DNA of 64,000 nt from Planctomicrobium piriforme (lineage in GTDB: Bacteria; Planctomycetota; Planctomycetia; Planctomycetales; Planctomycetaceae). Made by a program: the position numbers and the translations under genes. Of this stretch, positions 57,701-64,000 are shown one piece after another. The stretch covers positions 4,174-68,173 of the forward strand of contig CAMAVF010000001.1 in assembly GCA_945861445.1 (NCBI GenBank). The letters run 5' to 3'. The notes under the pieces are model-generated. The model made no database searches. It was given only the letters and a program-made list of their open reading frames with translations, and was not told where the DNA came from. Numbering within the stretch: the first letter of the stretch is position 1; each line of letters opens with the position of its first letter.

Positions 57701-60082
57701 TGCGGCACGGTCGCCGCGACGCATCGCCTGTGTACCATCCCGGACCAACTCAGCCGCCGTCGCACCATTGGGAGCGATGACCGTGGCGTCCACGACGCCT
57801 GCCTGAGCCACGTTGTTGCCTGCGACGGATGAGTCAAACGGATTCTCGGTTCCCGCTTCATCGATCGCAGCCCCCGTCGCGACCAGATGGTTGGCGCGAG
57901 CGACTTCATTCAGGACCAGGGTCGGCTTATCTTCGAATTCCGAGTAGCTGGCATCCAGCTTCTCGGCGTGCAGTGCTTTCTCTTCGGCTTCCTTCAGGCG
58001 TCCCGCCTTCAGATCGTTACGGGCTTGCTTCAACAGCGTGACCGCCTGGCGTTTGGCGAGGTCCGGTTCCCGTGTTTCGTCCGCCACCCGCACATCGTTG
58101 CGGTCGTCTTTGGACAGGCCGGCTCGGCGACCCGTGCCCGGGCCCGTGGGACCTGCGGCTTCGGCCAGTTCGATATCACCCAACACCAGGTCGGGTCGAT
58201 CTTCGAACAAGGCGTAGACCGTATTAATACCGCTGGCTTCTGTCGCCAGTCGCTTCGCATCGGCGACGCGTCCGGCCTTCAGTTCAGCGCGGGCCAATTC
58301 CAGCAATTCCAGTGCTCGTTGTTTCTGACCAGCGGCAGGCAGACCAGACGACCGGCGGCCGGTGCGGCCACCTGTCGCCGCGGTGCGCGGTGCCGTGGCA
58401 TTGCGCGGCGCCGTTTCCGTGGCAAACGGGTTCTCTTCAGCGGTGGCGCCAGCGGCTTCGGCAATCATCTTGCCGTCACCCTTGGCACTCATCGCGGCAT
58501 CATCGATCTGCGCCATTAACTGGTGCGGAGCTTCTTCGAAAACGTCGAATGCGACTTTCATCTGATTCGCGGCCAGCGTCTTGGCCCGAGCTCGTTCCAG
58601 GTCACCCTCGGCGAGAGCGGCTTTGGCCTCGGCCATCAATTGCAGCGCCTTGGCCTTATTGGCATTGGCTGTCCCACGGGGAGCGGTCTGGGATCGGGGC
58701 TTCGTGCGTGACGCGGTCGTTCCCGAACGTCGGTTCAACTCGTCCAGCAACGCTTCCGGTCGTTCGCCCAGCTTGTCAACCTGAATCTTCAAGTCCAGGA
58801 CATGCTCGAGTTTATCACGAGCAGACTGCGCGTCACCCTTCTGCATGTCTTCTTTGGCGGAAGCCACCAACGCTTTGGCGAAGGCCACATCTTCGTTCGC
58901 TGCTGCCTTGCTTTGCGCGACTTCCTGTTCCATGATCGCGAGCGAGGTGGGGTCTTCCGGCATCCGCTGCATCAGCAGGGCCAGGTACTGCGAAGGACTT
59001 TCTTCCCCGGCGCGGTACTTCAAGCCACCTTCGACTTCCAGTTTCTTGGCGGCAGCGGCCAGTCGCCAGGCATTCTTGAATTGACCCTGCTTCTCGGCCA
59101 ACTGGGCCTGCCGGAGGGCCTTGTCGGCCTTCACACGCATGGATTCCAGAGAATCCGTGCCAGTCTTGAGCGGAGCAACGGGCTCTTCGAATCCGACCTG
59201 TTCGATCCCACTCTGACGTGTGGTACGATTGGCCGTGGGAGTTGTTCGGGAATTGGTTCGGCCGAGTCCTTCCAATTGCTGACGGACTTGGGCCGGCTTC
59301 GTATCTAGGACACCCGGGGTGACCTGAATTTGCTCGGCTTCCGCCAGGAATCGCTGAGCCGCTTCGGAATCGCCCTGCTGCGCCGTCTGTTGGGCACGCC
59401 GCAACAGATAGTTCATGCGATTTCGCTTGGCCTGCGGTGAAGATCGGTCGTTTTTCCAGGCGGCATCCTGCTTGCGGCCTTCCTGAATATCCGCCAGCAC
59501 TTTCTCTGGCGAATCCTCGGTGGCCTTAAAGGCAGCCTGGATCTGTGCGGCGAGCTGAGCAATCTGCTCGGCATCATCCACGTCACCCTGATTGAAGGCT
59601 GACCGGGCGATGGAGATCCACTTCATCGCGGCGGCTTTACGCTCGGCGGGAGCGGCATCCGCCAACCGTCGAGCTTCCTTCTTCAGAGCGGCCATCGGGG
59701 CGGCCTGATTGTCGGCGGGAGCACCGAACGGGTCGGGCGATTGAGCCCGCGAGGTGACCCTCTGGCGTCCGGGCAGGGTGTCAACCTTTTTACGGGTTGC
59801 CTCCAGGAGCGTTTCGAGTTGTGCCGCGTCTGTCTCAGACAGATCGGCATCAGAGTTCACTTGTTCCAGGGCTTGGAGAGCCTTGGCATAGTGCCCCTGA
59901 AGGTATAAATCTTTTCCGCGCTTGAGCAGTTCCCGCGGCGACTGCGGGAGTCGGGAATCACCACCGTTTGACCGGGTGACCGAACCGGCTCGCGAGGTCT
60001 CCGCCGTCTGTGCGAAACTTACCGAACAGCAGAACGCGGCGACCAAGCTACTGCGGGCGAGTGCTAATATGACCTTGCGCAA
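54764..60082 (-). CDS. Giant outer-membrane secretin (type II/III secretion system family) with repeated helical N-terminal modules
   Basis: The C-terminus reads VSVPDGGTVLLGGIKRLKEGRNMAGVPILNKLPYINRLFKNSGVGRETDSLMMMVTPRII. The secretin domain starts at VSIEVRFVTVSDKFFERIGVDFDF. An STN-like module (MHFEGEPLESVINKLAVDSNINF..DEVLKITS) precedes it. I prefer the TTG start at 60082, which has GGAGGA 7 nt upstream and gives the signal peptide (M)RKVILALARSSLVAAFCCSVSFA. The ORF is open to 60235. Confidence 0.85.
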   Translation of the reverse strand: MRKVILALARSSLVAAFCCSVSFAQTAETSRAGSVTRSNGGDSRLPQSPRELLKRGKDLYLQGHYAKALQALEQVNSDADLSETDAAQLETLLEATRKKVDTLPGRQRVTSRAQSPDPFGAPADNQAAPMAALKKEARRLADAAPAERKAAAMKWISIARSAFNQGDVDDAEQIAQLAAQIQAAFKATEDSPEKVLADIQEGRKQDAAWKNDRSSPQAKRNRMNYLLRRAQQTAQQGDSEAAQRFLAEAEQIQVTPGVLDTKPAQVRQQLEGLGRTNSRTTPTANRTTRQSGIEQVGFEEPVAPLKTGTDSLESMRVKADKALRQAQLAEKQGQFKNAWRLAAAAKKLEVEGGLKYRAGEESPSQYLALLMQRMPEDPTSLAIMEQEVAQSKAAANEDVAFAKALVASAKEDMQKGDAQSARDKLEHVLDLKIQVDKLGERPEALLDELNRRSGTTASRTKPRSQTAPRGTANANKAKALQLMAEAKAALAEGDLERARAKTLAANQMKVAFDVFEEAPHQLMAQIDDAAMSAKGDGKMIAEAAGATAEENPFATETAPRNATAPRTAATGGRTGRRSSGLPAAGQKQRALELLELARAELKAGRVADAKRLATEASGINTVYALFEDRPDLVLGDIELAEAAGPTGPGTGRRAGLSKDDRNDVRVADETREPDLAKRQAVTLLKQARNDLKAGRLKEAEEKALHAEKLDASYSEFEDKPTLVLNEVARANHLVATGAAIDEAGTENPFDSSVAGNNVAQAGVVDATVIAPNGATAAELVRDGTQAMRRGDRAAAYHLFLQAYQSGEQLPPRVKQQLEDFLQQLSPKNQAFAQSGKGKNIRLLQGSSDEPVAEGATETDPNASTAEGAAPSALDRVDQQLVIKLEALRTQVMNSVFRADRAREKDPEEALKILDKAQLELENSDLSKEQVTPLLRAVTRARELAQGSLQEQASNVAQKKHNEGVKDFNKTTVRTQIRIEQEFADLVQQFNDLLKQRRYAEAELIAKKARELDPENPSAEIMKWKAKFAMRNNSNDELKDRKEEGVWATLNSVEESAVPFNDQNPIVYAKHWAELSNRRKGKYTGDNRMKTEEEKRIEKSLSRQVSMHFEGEPLESVINKLAVDSNINFRLDPQGLEEVQVDSNTPITINVDGIQMKSALNLILEPLHLGYAIRDEVLKITSMDRQKGDLETRVYNVADLVIPIPNFANPAPLGSLNAGTSATGNLGGAPFNVSANKQRPAGQAFAQVQDGFGAPASAGTSGVVGERRIPEGMRRASQADFDSLMDLVVNTVEPGSWDEVGGPASVRPFETTLSLVIRQTQQAHEEIQDLLAQLRRLQDLQVSIEVRFVTVSDKFFERIGVDFDFNVQGTAPVNNINSQFGDFLAPFGGGRTYTNAGATTGSSVSTTGTSTSGSTTGGGGTTTSLVGGTGSAPFAPGPPRDLTRRGDYPKLGTIVGMERQNTFANDLQIPFRQGSFDVGIPDFGSFKPDAGLSMGFAILSDIETFFFIQAAQGDSRSNILFAPKVTLFNGQLAQVEDNLRRPFVVGQTPVVGAFTVAFAPNVQIFTEGVTLLVTAVVSADRRYVRLSLVPDFRSITDVFTFTFSGTGGSSGGNSGGSSTGFQGNGGSIGGGGSSGSSGGGGNVGGSSGGSTTSGSTTSGSTTSGSTTSGSGGGGGTTIGSTPATQTVQQPVQEVISIQTSVSVPDGGTVLLGGIKRLKEGRNMAGVPILNKLPYINRLFKNSGVGRETDSLMMMVTPRIIIQEEEEELLGVPL
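55056..55275 (-). repeat. Gly/Ser/Thr low-complexity coding insert with 15-bp tandem units (STTSG x4)
   Basis: It encodes GGSSGGNSGGSSTGFQGNGGSIGGGGSSGSSGGGGNVGGSSGGSTTSGSTTSGSTTSGSTTSGSGGGGGTT inside the secretin domain. Confidence 0.85.
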
Positions 60083-60089
60083 TGTAGCT

Positions 60090-60095
60090 TCCTCC
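60090..60095 (-). promoter_or_regulatory. Shine-Dalgarno GGAGGA for the secretin TTG start
   Basis: The minus strand reads AAGGAGGAAGCTACATTG, with a 7-nt spacer to the TTG at 60082-60080. Confidence 0.6.
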
Positions 60096-60667
60096 TTCAG
60101 GACCAGAATTGACTTGAATGTCGTAAAAGTAGACGGAGTGCTTCCACAGGACGGACACAGCTCGAATTGCCGAAACCCGACGGGGCATGGTTCTTCACCA
60201 TGCCAGGCAGGTCCCGGCTGATGCAATGCGTCCACATGTGGAAACGGGGTTCACCCATCAGCCTGGTGTCCACCCAGTCTGCTGGTGTCCAGCCGCCGCG
60301 GTCGAACGGACGTCATGGGAAGTCCGTACGCGCGGTCAGCTCGACTTGCGAAGTGTATTGGTAGGTTGTGAGATTGTTGGTTTGTGCGTGCCGATGAGGA
60401 TTGGCACCTGGCAGACAGGTTCGAGTCCAGTGCGAACTGAATCGAAAGTAAGACGTGATACGAGCGGGGTAATATCTGATTTCGCTAACAAGGGTCAAGC
60501 CCTCTCATTTGAGAATCGGGTCACTTTTCAACAGAATTTTTCGAAGTCGCGCGAAGTCCGGCAGTTGTTGCCGAACAGCGGTCCAACAGCGTGAGACCAG
60601 GCAATCTGGGGGATTTTCGTGGCGACTGAAGACCTTGTAGGACCGGAATGCAGGCTCTGACTGAGAA

Positions 60668-60692
60668 GCCCAAACAAAACCAGTTCTGGGCA
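60668..60692. repeat. Partial family B left arm (B5)
   Basis: GCCCAAACAAAACCAGTTCTGGGCA has no matching right half. Confidence 0.45.
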
Positions 60693-60762
60693 TTTGCGGA
60701 CGGTGACCAACGATTCAGACTCCAACGAGACCGATTTGCTGTCTGGAGTGGATTCAGAAGAG

Positions 60763-60924
60763 TTTTAGCCACAGATTGACACGGATGAAACACGGATTGG
60801 ATCATCGTTTGCGAGCTTTTCTAGGAGAATCGTGGCGAAGACCAATACCGTTTGAATTACCGTGAATTGATGACTTTCCTCTGCATTTATCCGTGTTCAA
60901 TCCGTGTTAATCCGTGGCTAAAAA
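60763..60924. repeat. Family E-related 162-bp inverted-repeat element, copy E3
   Basis: TTTTAGCCACAGATTGACACGGATGAAACACGGAT at the left end pairs with ATCCGTGTTCAATCCGTGTTAATCCGTGGCTAAAA at the right end. Confidence 0.85.
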
Positions 60925-60962
60925 TCTTCCTGAAATTGAAGTCACTGTTTTGGAAGCGTTTC

Positions 60963-60997
60963 TAAGTCCTTTTTGTCCCTTGAACGTACACAGGGAC
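60963..60997. repeat. Family D short array, copy D4
   Basis: The sequence is TAAGTCCTTTTTGTCCCTTGAACGTACACAGGGAC. Confidence 0.65.
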
Positions 60998-61313
60998 CAA
61001 TAGGGGCGACAGCGTTCGAATGCGTCGGATTTTTTCATTCGACATTCCACATGCTTCCCACCCCGGCCTATGGTAGAATGTGCGGGTGGCGCAAGAGGTG
61101 CTTCAAGATCCGATTCTTACCGATTCTGGTCGAGTCTGCTGGCTTCACGGACGTGGCCCATCGACCCCAGGATTGACGGTCGATGTAATATCGTTGGCCC
61201 GCCAGGACGTGGCCCGGAACCTCCAACAGCACCCCGGCGATTTGATGCAGCGTTCCACTACCGGTCGCTCCAGCAAATGCCCACTCGATTAACGCCTGAT
61301 ATTTGAATCCATC

Positions 61314-62552
61314 ATGACAGCCCCATCCGGTCAGCCTCAGCTTTCCAGGTCGAGTTCTGTATCTCGGCGTGAATTCTTGCGCTATGGCAGTGCCGGGGGC
61401 TTGGGAGTGTGGGGATTGTCACTTGCCGAAGCGGCTGCCGCTGGTCACGCAAAGCCCGCGCGACGCAGTTGCATTTTCATCGTGTTGACGGGTGGCCCCA
61501 GCCATCTGGAGACGTTTGATCCCAAGCCCGATGCGCCCTCGAACATTCGCGGTCCATTCCTGCCGATTCCCACCACCGTGCCCGGTCTGTGGCTGAGCGA
61601 AACACTGCCGCAGTTGTCTCAGCGGGCAGAACTGTTTTCCGTGCTCCGCTCCATGACGCACGACTCGGCGGCGTTGCATGAAACGGGCCTCCAGCTGATT
61701 CAAACGGGGCGGCTCGCGAAACGCCGCAGCGTGCCGCCGACGATTGGTGCGGTCGTGGCCAGCCGGGCCAACTACGCCGGCGAACTGGCCCCGTTCGTGA
61801 TGTTGCCCGGCCCGCTGCAGCAGACCGGAATTCGTGCCGAACGCGGCCAATCGGCAGGCGTCCTGGGGGCAGCCTGGAATGCCCGGATCTGTCGCCTCGG
61901 CGAGCCTGATTCCTCTGCGGATACGCTCGGCACTCTGGAAGACACGCCCGCCTGGCGTGCCGTTCAAAACCTGGCCGCGGAGTCGGCCGCGGTGCGTTTG
62001 AAATACGGATCTAGCGAGTTCGGTCGAAACTGCCTGGCGGCGCGTCGGTTGATCGAACACGGTGTCCCGTTTGTCACGATCAACATGTTTGATAGCCTGG
62101 TCAATCGCGTGACTTGGGATTGTCACGCAGGCGGCGCCGAGTCCCCGACTCGGTTGGATGATTACCGCGACACCGTGTGCCCGCAATTCGATCTGGGTCT
62201 GTCAGCATTGCTGGAAGATCTGCACGTGCGCGGCTTATTGAATTCCACGCTGGTCGTGGCGGTCGGTGAGTTCGGCCGGACCCCCAAGATCAATCGCCAG
62301 GGGGGCCGCGACCACTGGACCGGAGCCTGGTCGGCACTGCTGGCCGGCTGCGGTTTTCCCGGCGGACAAGTCCTGGGAGCCACCGATCCACACGGTACGG
62401 CACCCATCGACCGTCCAATCCATCCCGCCGAGTTGGTCGCCACCATCTACGCGGCCCTGGGAATCGATCCGAAATCCGAATTGACGCTGTCCGACGGATC
62501 GCAGTGGCCCCTGGTCCCCGAAGCCAATCCGCTGATCGAAGTCGTCGCATAA
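61314..62552 (+). CDS. DUF1501 (sulfatase-like) protein with Tat signal
   Basis: SRREFLRYGSAGGLGVWGL is the Tat signal. GEFGRTPKINRQGGRDHW is the hallmark block. Confidence 0.85.
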   Translation: MTAPSGQPQLSRSSSVSRREFLRYGSAGGLGVWGLSLAEAAAAGHAKPARRSCIFIVLTGGPSHLETFDPKPDAPSNIRGPFLPIPTTVPGLWLSETLPQLSQRAELFSVLRSMTHDSAALHETGLQLIQTGRLAKRRSVPPTIGAVVASRANYAGELAPFVMLPGPLQQTGIRAERGQSAGVLGAAWNARICRLGEPDSSADTLGTLEDTPAWRAVQNLAAESAAVRLKYGSSEFGRNCLAARRLIEHGVPFVTINMFDSLVNRVTWDCHAGGAESPTRLDDYRDTVCPQFDLGLSALLEDLHVRGLLNSTLVVAVGEFGRTPKINRQGGRDHWTGAWSALLAGCGFPGGQVLGATDPHGTAPIDRPIHPAELVATIYAALGIDPKSELTLSDGSQWPLVPEANPLIEVVA

Positions 62553-62627
62553 CCCTTAGCCCGACTCTCCAGAGTCGGGTGCTCTTGCCTCCACTTTATT
62601 CTGGATCGGACTACGGCGTGCTCGATA

Positions 62628-62707
62628 AATACAAGCTCGAAGCGCAAGTGAGTGCATTCCTTTTTTGAGTAACGAAAATGCACTCGCTTGCGCTTCGAGC
62701 TTGTATT
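62628..62707. repeat. Family H 31-bp-arm inverted repeat between convergent genes
   Basis: AATACAAGCTCGAAGCGCAAGTGAGTGCATT pairs with AATGCACTCGCTTGCGCTTCGAGCTTGTATT, with one mismatch. The 18-nt loop contains a T6 run. Confidence 0.9.
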
Positions 62708-62730
62708 CGCGGTCACTTTGTGACCGAACA

Positions 62731-63060
62731 TCACGCGGCGACAGATCCGCGTAACAAATGTTGTCCCAGCTTGTCGACCAGGATTTCGGTCCGCAGCGTT
62801 TCGTGCTCGGCCTCGCGCAGCAACGCTTCCAGCAATTCCAACCGATGCTCCGCCGAACCTTCAGGCGTGAGTGCCGAGAAATTCAATTCGAGGGCGTAGT
62901 CTGCCAGGATATCTCGCGGTGCAGGCGGAGGCACGACCGGCGCTGTCACGGCCACTTCCGGCTCATACGCACACGATGGCGGCATGGTCCACCACGCTTG
63001 CCAAAAGAGAACCGCGACTGCGGTCACCGTCGCCAGTCCAAATGCGACTTCGATAATCAT
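62731..63060 (-). CDS. Hypothetical small membrane-anchored protein downstream of larC
   Basis: The 109-aa ORF lies 37 bp after the larC stop on the same strand. It has an N-terminal TM helix (IIEVAFGLATVTAVAVLFWQAWW). Confidence 0.5.
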   Translation of the reverse strand: MIIEVAFGLATVTAVAVLFWQAWWTMPPSCAYEPEVAVTAPVVPPPAPRDILADYALELNFSALTPEGSAEHRLELLEALLREAEHETLRTEILVDKLGQHLLRGSVAA

Positions 63061-63097
63061 CTCTCAAATCCTGAATCGTGCGTGACGAAGTAATCGG

Positions 63098-64000
63098 TCA
63101 ATGATGGTGGTCGTGATCATGATCGTGGTCATGCGGCGCAGCCCCGGTCTGGCCTGTCGTTTCAATCGGTTTCGACGATGCGCCTGCCGCCCGTTGAGAC
63201 TCCAGCAACCAGGCGGTTTCAGCCGCGCGATAGACGTCTCGCAGGGTGATCCCGTGCTGTTGGGCCACTGCGGCACAGCTTTCGAATTCGGGGGTAAAGA
63301 CAGTCGTGCCGCCGGACAGCCAACCCAGCTTGCCGGCGACATTTCCCCACGGCGTCTCGACTGCGTGACTTTGACGACGTCGCTTCGAACGCAGCAGTCG
63401 CGACTGGCGAATGCCAAACGTCCCCGTTTCGTCGAACAACAGTTGCTCCAGCCGCGGCCCATCCGCCGGCCGGCACAACACGCTCAGCAATGTCCCCGGC
63501 CGGTCCTTTTTCATCTGGATCGCCGTTGCGAAGACGTCCAGCGCCCCCGCCGACTGCAGCTTTTGCCGGGTATAACCCAGGATTTCGCCCGACACGTCAT
63601 CCAGGTTCGTTTCCAACAGCAACACTTCGTCCACATCGGGCGATTCAGTGAGTTCCCCGACAAACACGCGCAGAATATTGGCGCGTTCCGGAAAATCCTT
63701 GGTCCCGGCGCCGTAACCGATCTGGCGAATGGTCATCGGTGGCAGCGGTCCAAACCGATCGACGAAACTCTGGACGATGGCGGCACCAGTGGGCGTGGTC
63801 AGTTCCGCGTCCAGAGGCACATCGGCAAGCGGCAGCCCCTTCAGCAACTCGGCCGTTCCCGGAGTGGGGATCGGACAAATGCCATGCGCGATATGCACAT
63901 AGCCGCGCCCCGGCGGAATGGGGCTCGACATCACCAAATCGGCCCCGAGCAAATCCCAGGCGATCGCCGCACCGACGATATCGACGATGGAATCGATCGC
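63098..64000 (-). CDS. larC: Nickel-pincer cofactor biosynthesis protein LarC (DUF111); N-terminus lies beyond the window
   Basis: The frame is open to base 64000 (..DSIVDIVGAAIAWDLLGADLV). HGICPIPTPGTAELL, LTTPTGAAIV, GYGAGTKDFPERANILRV, LETNLDDVSGE and MKKDRPG are present. The C-terminus is HDHDHDHDHHH. Confidence 0.85.
   Translation of the reverse strand, partial: AIDSIVDIVGAAIAWDLLGADLVMSSPIPPGRGYVHIAHGICPIPTPGTAELLKGLPLADVPLDAELTTPTGAAIVQSFVDRFGPLPPMTIRQIGYGAGTKDFPERANILRVFVGELTESPDVDEVLLLETNLDDVSGEILGYTRQKLQSAGALDVFATAIQMKKDRPGTLLSVLCRPADGPRLEQLLFDETGTFGIRQSRLLRSKRRRQSHAVETPWGNVAGKLGWLSGGTTVFTPEFESCAAVAQQHGITLRDVYRAAETAWLLESQRAAGASSKPIETTGQTGAAPHDHDHDHDHHH

Overview
The window looks like a Planctomycetota chromosomal segment, judged from lineage-typical families: a PVC-type CxxCH protein, a DUF1559 prepilin-like protein with an H-X9-DG motif, DUF1501, DUF1570-like and DUF4175-like proteins. 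GC is roughly 55-60% by eye. I call 41 protein-coding genes (two cut by the window edges) and one tRNA-Cys(GCA). I saw no rRNA, CRISPR array, transposase or integrase.

Many recognisable genes are single biosynthetic or housekeeping genes without their usual operon partners: wrbA, ggt, trpE, glgB, purC, aroC, a lutB-like gene and larC.

The observations most worth a second look are:
1. A stand-alone gene for a ~1,770-aa secretin, with repeated helical N-terminal modules and low-complexity insertions. It is followed by an Flp-like pilin gene with a Cys-rich tail and has no other pilus or secretion genes nearby.
2. A Tat-signal lipoprotein made of CKGxGGC-type cysteine repeats. It resembles a bufferin-type precursor, but no maturation genes are nearby.
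3. A ~1,370-aa protein with no recognisable domain, ending 5 bp upstream of an orphan CbiM-PDGLE fusion.
4. An HNH endonuclease convergent with a motif-permuted SPPY DNA methyltransferase, next to tRNA-Cys.
5. About two dozen intergenic spacers carry members of at least eight palindromic repeat families (MITE- or REP-like). Several families have 4-7 copies in this window.

All functional calls come from motif recognition by eye. No database search or computation was possible.
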